A DNA stretch of 63,620 nucleotides, filler included, from Octopus bimaculoides (Eukaryota), in the NCBI RefSeq assembly GCF_001194135.2. It is 5 parts of 5 records of this genome, joined end to end, with 100 filler letters (N's around TTAATTAATTAA, not from the genome) between each part and the next. Parts side by side here need not be neighbours in the genome. Positions count along the whole stretch, not along the records: positions 1 to 16,783 come from NC_069005.1; 4 more parts are not named here. The stretch is one strand, 5' to 3'. A program made the translations under genes and the position numbers. Each line of letters begins with the position of its first letter. The stretch's first letter is position 1. The notes under the pieces are model-generated. The model did no database searches. It saw nothing but the letters and a program-made list of their open reading frames with translations, and had not been told where the DNA came from. Shown here one piece after another: positions 1-13,696 of this stretch.

Positions 1-63
<63 letters not shown>

Positions 64-954
64 ATGGATAGGCATTAACCATACATATATATAAGATATC
101 TGATATCTGTGTGTGTATGGGAGAGTTAGCGTGCATTTTTATATGTGTATGCGTGTGTCGATATAGGTATGTATACATACACGCACACACACGCGCACAC
201 AAACACATACATACGTGTATGTATGTAAGTAAATTGTGAATGTATAGATAAACATGAATACTTGAGTATACATACATGATGGATGTATATGTATATACAA
301 CAATATATATACACACGCATAGCTTGCCTATATCATTTATCTAATGGGTGTTTAAATGTACATAGATACATATACATACACAGACACAAATACATTCACA
401 TAAGTATATATATANNNNNNNNNNNNNNNNNNNNNNNNNNNNNNNNNNNNNNNNNNNNNNNNNNNNNNNNNNNNNNNNNNNNNNNNNNNNNNNNNNNNNN
501 NNNNNNNNNNNNNNNNNNNNNNNNNNNNNNNNNNNNNNNNNNNNNNNNNNNNNNNNNNNNNNNNNNNNNNNNNNNNNNNNNNNNNNNNNNNNNNNNNNNN
601 NNNNNNNNNNNNNNNNNNNNNNNNNNNNNNNNCATACATACATACATACATACATAATATATACATAGATCTAAAATAGCAAAACACGATGTACCTGGAG
701 CAAAAGAACATTTAATGCGAGATGGCCTTGCTAAAGCACAGAGAATTCGTCGGTTTGAGAAAGGTCAATGATTCTTTGAACGAAAACAAGCTAGGAAGGA
801 ATTTCCACCATGTTTCGTGGTCTGCTACCACAACAGCTCCTTTATAGGATCCAGTTAGCTCAAGACATCATCAGGAGGAACCACGTCCGGTTTCGGCCCC
901 TACTCCTCTACCGTTTTGACAAAACAAAGATGGTATGGCCACATCCAAGGAAAG

Positions 955-1400
955 GCCTCAGAAAATGACAAAGCAACTCTATTCTCGGATATGCCAATAC
1001 ATATAGACAGAGAAATCAAAGCTAATAGACTGGATATAGTTGTCGGAAATTATCAAGAGATGACAATGTATCTCTAAGAGAAACAGAGAAACACGCAAAT
1101 CGCAGAGATTTGGAAATAGAGATAATCTGAATGTGGAGCCTAAACACAGAGAAAATCCCTCTAAAAATAGGTGCATTAGGTATGATTAAAAAATATTAAG
1201 GCAAAAAAGGACTTACAGATGTATATAGAGAAAATAGCAGTACAAGGCAAAGCACGCATACTACGTAAAGCACTTTTAATACAGTGAAAATAAGAGTACC
1301 ACAACAAACCAGAGCACATACCCAAGGCATACAGGGCTGCGCTCGGGGGTGCAGTGAAAGTACGTGATAAAATTGAGACTACTGAATGATAAAAAATAAT
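955..1400 (+). mobile_element. 3' fragment of an R4/Dong-like (RLE-type) non-LTR retrotransposon, family 1, degenerate
   Basis: Manual translation from 961 gives ENDKATLFSDMPIHIDREIKANRLDIVV, then DNVSLRETEK..DLEIEII*MWSLNTEKIPLKIGALGMIKKY and EKIAVQGKARILRKAL. This is the C-terminal restriction-like endonuclease region (RPD motif decayed to RLD). A short 3' UTR ends in a TAA-like tail. Confidence 0.8.
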
Positions 1401-1557
1401 CCTTTCTACTAAAGGTAAAAAACGCCTGAAATTTTAGAGGAGGGGTACTAGTCGATTAGATCGACCCTAGTACTCATCTTATCGACTTATTTTATCGATC
1501 CTGAGCGGATAAAAAAAAACAAAGGCGACCTCCACGGAATTTGAACTCGGAATGTTA
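1401..1557 (-). mobile_element. SINE family A fragment (tRNA-derived)
   Basis: Reverse complement carries gagttcaaattccg (B box) and the gtcgatctaatcgac hairpin shared with the copies at 6581, 19832 and 58245. Confidence 0.75.
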
Positions 1558-2038
1558 TGAGTTGGAAGAACTACAGGAAAGCAATTTCTATGATGCTCTA
1601 ACGATTGAACCAGCTTGTCTCGCAACGTACACACTTCTATATGCACACAATTATTATTCGAGAAAGTCAATAATTATTTTTAAAATGATCTTTAAATACA
1701 TAAACGAACATATAATATAATCAGATGGAAAATATACAGAGGAAGATTGATGATTGTAGTCAGACAAAACATGCAACGGAAACATCATGACTGGAGGAAA
1801 AAAACAAAACAAAAAAAAACAAAACAAAACTAGTCATTGATTTTCCCCGTATGTGTCATTGTCACACGTAGATATAGAAGAATATATAACACACACACAC
1901 ACACACACACACATATGCATACACACACACATATTTCCTCGCAGGCAGACATATGCACACATACATAAGCATATTTGCTCACGTACCTTCTCTCTGTCAC
2001 TCTCATATTTACTTATACATACATATGTACATACATAC

Positions 2039-2090
<52 letters not shown>

Positions 2091-2579
2091 AGTATATATC
2101 AAACTTGACGACCTTCTCTTACAGACAATCACTCGCACACTCACTTATAGATGCATATATATAAATACATATATACACACATACATACAAACACGTGCAT
2201 GCGTACATACATGCACATAAACACCAATCCATTTGAGTTTTTCATTTACAAATATAGACACACATACACAATCTCATACAAACACACACACACACAAACG
2301 CATATTGCTTGCCTAAACAATATTGCCTCAAAATAGCAGACGATAATTTTGCAGACGACACCCATGCAATCAAGCTTTTGATGGCGACGTGCGAATTATC
2401 TTTCTTGCTTCGCCTTGCCGCCATTGTTAAAGTGTGAAGCAAAGATGTAATTTGAACGACTGCCCTCGCTGAACACATTATATTACGATACTTCTCTCCC
2501 TCTGTACCATCTCTACACGATTAATTGTGCAATCCTCATCGAAAGACCATCTATCCATCCATCTTTCTCATATACGAGT

Positions 2580-2614
<35 letters not shown>

Positions 2615-3045
2615 GTAGATATATGTGTGTGTTTATGAATGTATGACTGTGCGTATATATGTGTGTATATATAATTTTCTAATCTAATTCCGCCTTGGGA
2701 TGTTTCAAATTTTCAATTACAAATTTTTCCACGCTGCAACGTTAGATTAAATAAAAGCGATAATAACAAAATAAAATAAGATCAAACAAAAACGAACAAC
2801 GTACAAAAGAAAAAAACAAAAAAAATTGATGTTTGATACGTATATATGTATGAATATATATATATGTATTTGTATACATGTGTTTCAACATACACACACT
2901 CATATATATGTATGCATGCACACACAAATACACACATACACATTTATATTGACATAAATATGTGTGTATTTCTATATGTATGATCTTGTATATAATGCAT
3001 GAATATATCTATATATACATACATACATACATACACACACACATA

Positions 3046-3082
<37 letters not shown>

Positions 3083-3166
3083 GCATACACACATATATGT
3101 CCACCCATATATATATACATATATATATACATATATATATATACACATATATCTAACTATATATAT

Positions 3167-3266
<100 letters not shown>

Positions 3267-4145
3267 CACACGTACACACACATTCACACACACACACATA
3301 TATATACATATACATATATATATATACTCATGTATGGATGGAAAGGACNNNNNNNNNNNNNNNNNNNNNNNNNNNNNNNNNNNNNNNNNNNNNNNNNNNN
3401 NNNNNNNNNNNNNNNNNNNNNNNNNNNNNNNNNNNNNNNNNNNNNNNNNNNNNNNNNNNNNNNNNNNNNNNNNNNNNNNNNNNNNNNNNNNNNNNNNNNN
3501 NNNNNNNNNNNNNNNNNNNNNNNNNNNNNNNNNNNNNNNNNNNNNNNNNNNNNNNNNNNNNNNNNNNNNNNNNNNNNNNNNNNNNNNNNNNNNNNNNNNN
3601 NNNNNNNNNNNNNNNNNNNNNNTATATATATATATATATATATATGATATATGATATAGATCTTTCATGCTTATAATAATTATTATTTATTAATATAGAC
3701 ATTAATAAAAGAGAAACTTGAATAAGGCACATACACACACACATACGCACACACGTGCATCCTTATCCATATACATACTTATATGTACGAGAATATATAT
3801 ATACACACACATATATATATACATACATACATATATATATACACAAATATATACACACATATATGCATTTACATACAGTACTTATGCACATATGTATTAT
3901 GCATCTATATGAATGCATGTATACATGTTGTATAATTCACATGTATATAAATATGTATATTTATGTACATACATATGTGATGTTGACCATATATAGCGGC
4001 TAAGTTACCGCTCTCTTTATAGGCTCAATTTTACAATTTTGCATAACAATGAAGAATATATGGAACATACACGTCGTTCATCATTCTGATTACCACCTTT
4101 CCCTCTCTCTCTTTCTCTCTCTTTACACACACACACACACACACA

Positions 4146-4220
<75 letters not shown>

Positions 4221-4645
4221 CATATATATATATATAAACTCTAGGACACGTGCATATATGCATTCATGCGTATAAAATTAGAAATACCTTCTGAACCAGG
4301 GTTTACGAAGCACCTTCCTAGTAATCTTAATGTACATATTCACTCGATTACTTCCTCTCTCTCTCTCTCTCTTCCACACACTCTCCTTACTCTCTCTCTC
4401 TCTCTGTCTCTCTGTCTCTCTGTCTCTCTGTCTCTCTGTCTCTCTGTCTCTGTGTCTTTCTCATACAATATCGTTTTCACACACCCACACACCTACACGC
4501 ACATTTTGAGTGAACGCATGGAGAAATGTGCAGGGAATATCCAACAAATTTCACAGTTTTCCCCGTCTACCAGTGCAAAGACACAATTTCTGTACAAGAG
4601 CATTTAAATAAAGAAAATTTATTTATCCAAAAATACAGAGCACTT

Positions 4646-4669
4646 CTAACCCTAACCCTAACCCTAACC
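4646..4669 (-). repeat. short interstitial telomere-like (TTAGGG)4
   Basis: ctaaccctaaccctaaccctaacc read directly from the sequence. Confidence 0.8.
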
Positions 4670-4830
4670 AACTTTGATCTCAGTTTGTATTTTAATTCAG
4701 GCTCACATACCCATCACTGTACATATTTCATCTCACTACTTTAGCTTTTGAGCTTTTATGCATATATATTTACTTATCTCCTTCCCGAAAGATGAACAAT
4801 TGCTTCCCGTATCCCCAATAATAACTATAA

Positions 4831-4920
4831 CCAATTACCTCCCTTTAGATTTTTCTAATTATTGAATCATGTATTCACAAACTTCTCCACACATAACTTG
4901 GACTAAAATCTTCTTAAGAA
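4831..4920 (+). repeat. unclassified dispersed repeat, second copy at 43633-43721
   Basis: Both copies share cc(a)a.t.cctccc.ttagatttttcta and taacttggactaaa.tcttcttaagaa. Confidence 0.7.
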
Positions 4921-5903
4921 AACACGAAATTACAATCATTTCAATGTCATGATTAATGAAAGTGAAACCGGTCGACAACCACAATACTCTTTCATTCAAA
5001 ATATATTAAAACTGTGTAAACTGTCTGCATTTTCCTTCCTTTGCTTTATATATATATTTTTTTTACATTAGAACTCAGCACGTGGGGATAATCGAAATTC
5101 TTTTCCTTTCTTTTCATACTATATATATATANNNNNNNNNNNNNNNNNNNNNNNNNNNNNNNNNNNNNNNNNNNNNNNNNNNNNNNNNNNNNNNNNNNNN
5201 NNNNNNNNNNNNNNNNNNNNNNNNNNNNNNNNNNNNNNNNNNNNNNNNNNNNNNNNNNNNNNNNNNNNNNNNNNNNNNNNNNNNNNNNNNNNNNNNNNNN
5301 NNNNNNNNNNNNNNNNNNNNNNNNNNNNNNNNNNNNNNNNNNNNNNNNNNNNNNNTGTCAGAATTAGAAAATGACAAGACTTGTTCCAATTCCTCAAACA
5401 TATTCTGCTTTGAATATTTTCAATTAGGAGCTGCGGAGAAAGGCCTCTCGCATTTTACAGGTTGGCAAACATTTCAATCGCAAACAGATGCGGTGCTTCG
5501 GTCTAAACCTTAAAAATAACCCAACAGAAACAAGCAATAAAATATTAACTGCGTGAAGACACCATTAACGTCTGCCTAGCTTAAACAGTTCGAAAGTAAT
5601 GGCTGTGTTAAGGATTTCTTTCGTGTTATAATTTTTGATCCAAAGAATGTACGAAAAGGTGATCGAATGCAATCATTAATCAGTAAGAACTTGGAGTTTA
5701 TTTTAAGAGAAATGAAGACGATATGCAAGCCAAAAGTGAATTCTTCCTGGCGATTTTTCGTTGAGATTAATTACATTTGGTGTAATATATGTAAATCATA
5801 ACAAAAAGTGAACAACATGAAGGTATCCCAGACGATATTGACTGCATCGACGCAGTACATCCTTCACGGAAATATTGGTAGACAGACAGATAAATAGATA
5901 GAT

Positions 5904-5985
<82 letters not shown>

Positions 5986-6530
5986 TGTGTGTGTGTGTGT
6001 GAGAGAGAGGCAGTGAGAGAGGTGTTTTGTCGTATGTTACTGCTTCATCATAACATAGGTATCTGAAGATTTTATGATTTGCTTATTGTTTAATATTGTC
6101 GTCTGCGAATATTTTAATCACGTTGCCAGATGATGAATCTTTCAGAAAATGATTAAAAATGGAAGCAACGCTTGAATGAAACCAGAACTCAGCATTCTAG
6201 TGAAAAGTTAGTTGTACAACATATCGATCTTTTTGAAAATTACTTGTATATTCGTATATAAAAAGGACAAGGTTATTTAGCTGACTGATCTTTTGTGTGC
6301 CTTGAACAATCAACTCGAATCTCAATTTAGCAACGATCCGCTCCTCTTCCGTTGCTGGGTAGACCGCTCTTTGCGCTCAAGAGACTTTTAAGACAGTTTG
6401 AAGTTCGATCAAATAATTTGCTTCTTACCTCTCGAAGTCTCGAAATTCTTATGACATTAACATCTAATAATTCTCGCTCGTAAGACAAAAGAAACTATTA
6501 AAATGACGGGCGAAGAATACCAAGTGTTTC

Positions 6531-6815
6531 TACGGTATAATGGTTAGAACGCCGTCTATGGTTATAAAATATGTGTTCGAAGGTGGTGAGTTGGCAGAAA
6601 CGTTAACAGGTCGGGCAAAATGCTTAGCGGTATGTTGTCTGTCTTTACGTTCTGAGTTCAAATTCCGCCGACGTCGACTTTTCCTTTCATGCTTTCGGGG
6701 TCGATAAATTACGTACCACTTGCGTACTGGGGTCGATCTAATCGACTAGCCCCTTCTCCCAAAATTTCGGGTTTTGTGCCTAGAGTAGAAGAGATGTGTG
6801 TTCGATCCCCATGGG
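6531..6815 (+). pseudogene. decayed tRNA-like sequence (His-like) split in its B box by a SINE A insertion
   Basis: Removing 6581-6805 gives cggtataatggttagaacgccgtctatggttataaaatatgtgttcgatcccc, which has an A box and a B box. The 9-bp tgtgttcga is duplicated at 6572-6580 and 6797-6805. Confidence 0.5.
6581..6794 (+). mobile_element. SINE family A, full-length monomer
   Basis: Head ggtggtgagttggcagaaacgtta, B box gagttcaaattcc, hairpin gtcgatctaatcgac, tail gtgcctagagtagaag, 9-bp TSD. Confidence 0.9.
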
Positions 6816-7690
6816 TAACTCTCGTATTTATTTTTCATTCAGGAGTTTTTTTCCAACTTAATATTCTATAATTTATAGCTTTATCTTCTTCGAGTTCCAT
6901 TACTAAAAGTAATTTATTAATTTTTTTCTAGGAACAGAACATTTGATCTTCTTTTATTTTCCGTGGACAAAGAAATTCACAAAATTGAAGAAGAATTGAG
7001 TTAAGCGAAAGAACGCAGAATAACAGGGAGGCAAGTAACTGTTAAACTGTTAAAGTCAGAAAGGGAAGGAATGGAGATGGGGAAAAAGAAGGAAAAAAAT
7101 ACAAAAAAACAAAACAAAAACATAAGGGTAAATGAATCTAGGGTCCTTCTTATAAGGTCAAACTGAAAACAATATCTTGGCATAGTTCAGTCTCGAGAAA
7201 ATGGGATTTTTCGATGTTTCCATTTTCAAAAAGTTTCAAGAGTGTCAGAGATATTCAGCTAAGTACGAATGTGTGTTTGACTGTGCGTGTGTTGGTGTGT
7301 GTGTTTGGATGTGTTTGGGTGCCTATGTATTTGTATGCGAGTGTGTATGACTGCATCTCAAACAACTGTGTGTATATAATATATATGCTATGTACTTTTA
7401 TATATATATATATNNNNNNNNNNNNNNNNNNNNNNNNNNNNNNNNNNNNNNNNNNNNNNNNNNNNNNNNNNNNNNNNNNNNNNNNNNNNNNNNNNNNNNN
7501 NNNNNNNNNNNNNNNNNNNNNNNNNNNNNNNNNNNNNNNNNNNNNNNNNNNNNNNNNNNNNNNNNNNNNNNNNNNNNNNNNNNNNNNNNNNNNNNNNNNN
7601 NNNNNNNNNNNNNNNNNNNNNNNNNNNNNNNNNNNNNNNNNNNNNNNNNNNNTATATATATGTATATATATATTATAATCTCTCTATCTC

Positions 7691-7773
<83 letters not shown>

Positions 7774-7943
7774 GTCTGTCTGTCTGTCTATGTGTCTATA
7801 TATCATAATATATAATATATTTGCTTGTTATAAAATATATATTTATATATTATAAGAAAGACGTGGAATTCTCTCTAACCCAGCATCTAAGCGAGGCCTA
7901 TACATACATATATACATACATATATATACATATACATATATAC

Positions 7944-8046
<103 letters not shown>

Positions 8047-8200
8047 TATATTTCTATGTATATATATATATTTATATATATACATATATATATATGTATG
8101 TATATACAAATATATATATATAGATATATATATATACATATATATATATATGTATGCACACACCAAATATGTACATATATGTTATATCATATATACATGT

Positions 8201-8234
<34 letters not shown>

Positions 8235-9176
8235 NNNNNNNNNNNNNNNNNNNNNNNNNNNNNNNNNNNNNNNNNNNNNNNNNNNNNNNNNNNNNNNNNN
8301 NNNNNNNNNNNNNNNNNNNNNNNNNNNNNNNNNNNNNNNNNNNNNNNNNNNNNNNNNNNNNNNNNNNNNNNNNNNNNNNNNNNNNNNNNNNNNNNNNNNN
8401 NNNNNNNNNNNNNNNNNNNNNNNNNNNNNNNNNNNNNNNNNNNNNNNNNNNNNNNNNNNNNNNNNNNNNNNNNNNNNNNNNNNNNNNNNNNNNNNNNNNN
8501 NNNNNNNNNNNNNNNNNNNNNNNNNNNNNNNNNNNNNNNNNNNNNNNNNNNNNNNNNNNNNNNNNNNNNNNNNNNNNNNNNNNNNNNNNNNNNNNNNNNN
8601 NNNNNNNNNNNNNNNNNNNNNNNNNNNNNNNNNNNNNNNNNNNNNNNNNNNNNNNNNNNNNNNNNNNNNNNNNNNNNNNNNNNNNNNNNNNNNNNNNNNN
8701 NNNNNNNNNNNNNNNNNNNNNNNNNNNNNNNNNNNNNNNNNNNNNNNNNNNNNNNNNNNNNNNNNNNNNNNNNNNNNNNNNNNNNNNNNNNNNNNNNNNN
8801 NNNNNNNNNNNNNNNNNNNNNNNNNNNNNNNNNNNNNNNNNNNNNNNNNNNNNNNNNNNNNNNNNNNNNNNNNNNNNNNNNNNNNNNNNNNNNNNNNNNN
8901 NNNNNNNNNNNNNNNNNNNNNNNNNNNNNNNNNNNNNNNNNNNNNNNNNNNNNNNNNNNNNNNNNNNNNNNNNNNNNNNNNNNNNNNNNNNNNNNNNNNN
9001 NNNNNNNNNNNNNNNNNNNNNNNNNNNNNNNNNNNNNNNNNNNNNNNNNNNNNNNNNNNNNNNNNNNNNNNNNNNNNNNNNNNNNNNNNNNNNNNNNNNN
9101 NNNNNNNNNNNNNNNNNNNNNNNNNNNNNNNNNNNNNNNNNNNNNNNNNNNNNNNNNNNNNNNNNNNNNNNNNNNN

Positions 9177-9216
<40 letters not shown>

Positions 9217-9487
9217 GTATATGTATGTGTATAGTTACATATGTATACGTATACATTAGAGGAATTAGTTTAAGCGAAGTTTTGAATTTTAGGAAGAATT
9301 AGTTTCGATCGGCAGGGTAGATTACGGGTTCTAATCGACGAGAAATGCTTCGATCTTCACTGAGGGCGATCATTGGTTTATGTCATGCATCCTACAAGTT
9401 AATCGTCTTATTGATTATCGTTTGATATGTTAGTGGTCTATATATATAGATCTAATAGATCTGCTGGTTATTCAGTGTTCAAGTGTA

Positions 9488-9530
<43 letters not shown>

Positions 9531-9962
9531 TTCTATCTATCTATCTATCTATCTATCTATTTATCACACTACACACATTCATACTCAAAAGAACAATCAC
9601 ACACATACTCACGTAAGTACACACACACACACACACACGCACAGACAGACAGACAGACACACACACACATGCTCATATATATATATATATATATATATAT
9701 GCCTCTGTGTATACCCAAGCGTTCACCGTCCCCACACACATATATATATACATATATGCATTCATATGCTCAAACATATACACATATATATACACACGCG
9801 CACACACACAGACGTATATATATATATTCATGCATATATATGTGTATATATATATGTGTGTGTATGTATATACACACATATATATACAATCGCAGTCTCA
9901 TATATAATTAATATACTGTTGTCAAAGGATGACAAGTAATCATAATTAATCGCATTAATCTT

Positions 9963-10025
9963 ATTACTACTACTACTACTACTACTACCACCACTACCCT
10001 CACCACCACCACCACCACCACCACC

Positions 10026-10061
<36 letters not shown>

Positions 10062-10062
10062 G
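9963..10062 (+). repeat. compound (TAC)n/(CAC)n trinucleotide array
   Basis: Read directly from the sequence. Confidence 0.9.
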
Positions 10063-10084
10063 ATTTCTAGTTGAGTCACCAAGA

Positions 10085-10372
10085 CCAGCAGTTTTGAAGG
10101 GATGGGGTTAATCGAAGCAATCGACCCAGTACTTGAATGGTACTTGGTACTTTGCTGTATCGACCCCCGGGTGGGATAAAAAGCAAAGTCTACGTCGACA
10201 GAATTTGAACTCAAAACGTACAAAAAAAAAAAAAAGACAGAACACCGGAACTAATAGCGCAAAACCATTTTGTTCGGTGCTCCGTCGCCTCTTCCAGCTT
10301 TGCTAAATTGGCACAAAGGCCAGAAATGTGACGGTGGGGGCAGGGAAAAAGATGATTATATCGATTAACTGT
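10085..10372 (-). mobile_element. degenerate SINE family A copy plus an adjacent tail fragment
   Basis: gaatttgaactcaaaacgt (reverse-complement B box), aatcgacccagtact, and ttggcacaaaggccagaaat (reverse-complement tail). Confidence 0.65.
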
Positions 10373-10458
10373 CCCACACTATTGTAATTTTAGTATTTAT
10401 CATCACTGTAAATCTAATAAGCTGACCTGCCAACGTGTGTTATGGGCGATGTATTGTA

Positions 10459-10630
10459 TGTTGTGTTTTTGAGCAAGAGACTTCATTTCATCTTTGCTCC
10501 AGTTCACTCAGTTGTAAAATGAGTTGTATTAATAGCAGGAGAATGAACCCTGCGAGGGACTATCGTCCAGTTCAGGGGATGGGGAGTGTTGTAATCTCAT
10601 TCACCTATACACTATAGAACCCGGATTAGT
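10459..10630 (+). mobile_element. old SINE body with a CORE-like domain followed by a V-domain-like motif
   Basis: ttgtgtttttgagcaagagacttcatttcatctttgctccagttcactcagttgtaaaatgagt resembles CORE; ccctgcgagggactatcgtccagttcagggga resembles the ccctgcgatggactgg..tccaggg motif. Both comparisons are from memory. Confidence 0.55.
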
Positions 10631-10734
10631 TAAACTTTGGATTTAGGATCCCTTGGACTTTTGGCAGACTTATAAGAAAACTAAGAAGGCTGAAGTGTAA
10701 AGTCACACTGTTGTAGGATTTGAAAATGCAGTAT

Positions 10735-11030
10735 GTAGTTAAGGACCTTCAAATTGTGCGTTCAAATCCCACCGAAGACAGCTTAGCCCTTTTATCCTTC
10801 CGGAGTTCGTTGAAATTAAAACCTCGTCAAATAATTGTGTAAACTTAACTCTGTGTAATTCTACAAAACTTAGGGGGTTATAGCTGTGTAGGAAATGGAA
10901 TCTATTTAGGGAAGGTGGACCTATAAAATACCTGGTAATAATGAGTTATGGTCCTTTAGAACGAGAGTTCAAATTCCATCGATATAAACTTCGACTTTCA
11001 TGCTTCTGGGGTCGTAAATATAAACACTAG
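10735..11030 (+). mobile_element. two highly decayed SINE A-like fragments
   Basis: gttcaaatcccaccga..ccttttatccttccgg and gagttcaaattcc..gactttcatgcttctggggtcg. Confidence 0.5.
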
Positions 11031-11035
11031 TTGTT

Positions 11036-11105
11036 GCGGTGGTGGTTGTGGTGGTGGTGGTGGTGGTGGTGGTTAGGGGTTAGGATTAGGGGTTAGGGTT
11101 AGGGT
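11036..11105 (+). repeat. (GGT)n grading into degenerate (TTAGGG)n; G-quadruplex-capable
   Basis: ggtggtggt...ggttaggggttaggattaggggttagggttagggt. Confidence 0.7.
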
Positions 11106-11199
11106 GGTTGTGGTGGGAGTTAATCGTCTCTTCCCATCTGCGAAGATTAAAAACGAATACAAAGGTTGATGACATCTGCGACGGCAACGATGGATACCG

Positions 11200-11288
11200 T
11201 TATGATGATGGTGATGATGGTGAGGATGATGGTGATGATGATGATGATGGTGATGATGGTGATGATGGTGATGATGGTGAGGATGATG

Positions 11289-11320
<32 letters not shown>

Positions 11321-11442
11321 GGTGATGATGGTGAGGATGATGGTGATGATGGTGATGATGGTGATGATGGTGATGATGGTGATGATGGTGAGGATGATGG
11401 TGAGGATGATGGTGATGATGATGATGATGATGGTGATGATGG

Positions 11443-11488
<46 letters not shown>

Positions 11489-11501
11489 GGGGATGGTGAT
11501 G

Positions 11502-11557
<56 letters not shown>

Positions 11558-11570
11558 GATGATGATGAAC
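11200..11570 (+). repeat. (GAT)n array interrupted by GGT/GAG with a 9-bp higher-order period
   Basis: Repeated gatggtgat units; this array produces the poly-D and poly-M/V ORFs. Confidence 0.9.
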
Positions 11571-11851
11571 AGGAGTTGGAGGAAGAAGAGGGGGACGAGG
11601 GGGAAATATCGTTGTGGCGATAACTATAAATAATAATAATGATAATGATGATGATGATGATGGTGATGGTGATGGTGATGGTGACGATGTCTTCGATGAA
11701 GATAATAAATAAACATAAGGATTATGAATAACCGAAAATGATGACGATAGTGATGACGATTTCGATGAGGATAAAATGGCATAATTAATATTAATTGTCA
11801 GATCTTTCCTTACACAATGGCCAACCCTAAACCCCTAATAATAACACTATA

Positions 11852-11896
<45 letters not shown>

Positions 11897-12019
11897 AGTT
11901 GTAATTAGCGAATCGAAACCATGACGACGAAATCCTTTGAAAGACAGGAAGCGCCACCGCTCGCTTGCCATCTTGTTGAGCGGTAAACTGGTTTTGGATT
12001 ATGAAATACTTTCTTGCGG

Positions 12020-12600
12020 ATATGTATCTGTGTATGTATGTATGTATGTATGTATGTATGTATGTATGGATGTATGTATATGTATGTGTGTGTATGTATG
12101 TGTGTTTGTATGTATGTGTATGTATGCTTGTATGTATGTATGTGTATGCATGATGTACATGTATGTATGTATATGTACACAAGTATGTATGCATGTATGT
12201 ATGTATATGTATGTATATGTATGTGTGTTTGTATGTATGTGTATGTATGCTTTATGTATGTGTATGCATGATGTACATGTATGTATGTATATGTACGCAT
12301 GTATGTATACATGTATGTATGTATGTGCATGTATGCATGTATGTATGCATGTATGCATGTATGTGTATGCATGATGTATATGTATGTCTGTTTGTATGCG
12401 TATGTATGTATGTATGCATGCATGTTTGCTTGTATGTATATGTCTGTATGTCTGTATGTGTTTCTACATGTATGTATGTGTATGTACACGTATGTACATG
12501 TGTATGTATATGTATATGTATATTCGTGTGTTTGTATATATGTATTATACTCGTGTGCGTGTATGTATATGTGTGTATATATGTAAAACATGTATGCATG
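12020..12600 (+). repeat. complex (TATG)n-derived array with a duplicated ~110-bp unit
   Basis: The unit containing gtgtgtttgtatgtatgtgtatgtatgctt..gcatgatgtacatg occurs near 12100-12180 and 12220-12300, and partially near 12370. Confidence 0.75.
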
Positions 12601-12612
12601 TGAGTATATGTT

Positions 12613-12733
12613 AGAATGAGTACAAAGCTTACAACGAATAAGTTCTGGGGTCGATTTGCTCGACTAAAAGGCGGTGCTCCAGCATGGCCACAGTCAAATG
12701 ACTGAAACAAGCAAAAGAATAAAAGAAAAAGAA
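12613..12733 (+). mobile_element. SINE family B 3' tail
   Basis: gaataagttctggggtcgatttgctcgactaaaaggcggtgctccagcatggccacagtcaaatgactgaaacaag. Confidence 0.85.
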
Positions 12734-12980
12734 TGTGTGTGTGTGTGTGTGTACACACACTTTTATACGCATACATACGTTCGTACATATTTTCATGCGT
12801 GCGCACGCATGTGTACGCACGTACAAGCATAGACACATACACACATATACGCGCGTGCGTACATGCATGTATTCATCTATCAATATTTACATACATGCAT
12901 ACATATAAATATATATATATATGCATACACACACATTCATACATAGATATATGAACTTACACACATACACACACACATGC

Positions 12981-13011
<31 letters not shown>

Positions 13012-13458
13012 TACGCGCATATACATATATGCATACGTGCATACATACATGCATGTATACCCGCATGAAGACATCCATCCATCCATCAATATATTCAAAC
13101 ATATATGCGTACATACATGTGTGTATACATACATACATACATAAATGCATATATTTATATATACACAGACATATACACACATCCATCCATCCATCCATCC
13201 ATCCATCCATCCATCCACACAGTATATTGAAAGTTGATAAAAGAGTGTCTCCAATTCGAAGACGGACTGAAAGCAATTTTAATTACTAACAAAGACAAAA
13301 ACAAGGCTTATGGACGTTCTTCTATCGATAACTAAAGAACTCACGTCTAATTCGCCCCAAGATCTAATTAAACTCTACAGCTCGCTCTCTTTTGTGTCTT
13401 TCTTGGCCGACCAATCTCACCGCTTTTGCAAATCCGTTTTCGGATACGCAAAGCAAAA

Positions 13459-13526
13459 ATGGCGGATTTTTCATTGAATTTCAATAGCGCTCGCTCGGAT
13501 AACGCTGCCCTCAGTGTCCTGATCAG
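13459..13526 (+). other. candidate first coding exon of an unidentified gene (MADFSLNFNSARSDNAALSVLI)
   Basis: aaaaATGg start context, CAG|GTAAAA donor, locally CpG-rich with an upstream CCAAT. No homology recognised. Confidence 0.2.
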
Positions 13527-13554
13527 GTAAAAATCAGAATAGACAGAAAAGAAA

Positions 13555-13620
13555 CAAGAAGAAGAAGAAGAAGAAGAAGAAGAAGAAGAAGAAGAAGAAG
13601 AAGAAGAAGAAGAAGAAAAA

Positions 13621-13696
<76 letters not shown>

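Noticed and set aside
2340-2440. FADDT peptide resembling a LINE RT catalytic motif
   Set aside because: No other RT motifs lie nearby in any frame.
8056-9302. Long ORFs spanning N runs (also near 20140-21006, 31395-32361, 36558-37799, 42658-43626)
   Set aside because: Their length comes from gaps and (TA)n/(CA)n flanks.
11108-11633. Asp/Gly-rich 171-aa ORF reminiscent of acidic biomineralisation proteins
   Set aside because: It is entirely explained by a (GAT)n microsatellite. It starts at TTG, has no signal peptide, and a second frame is equally open.
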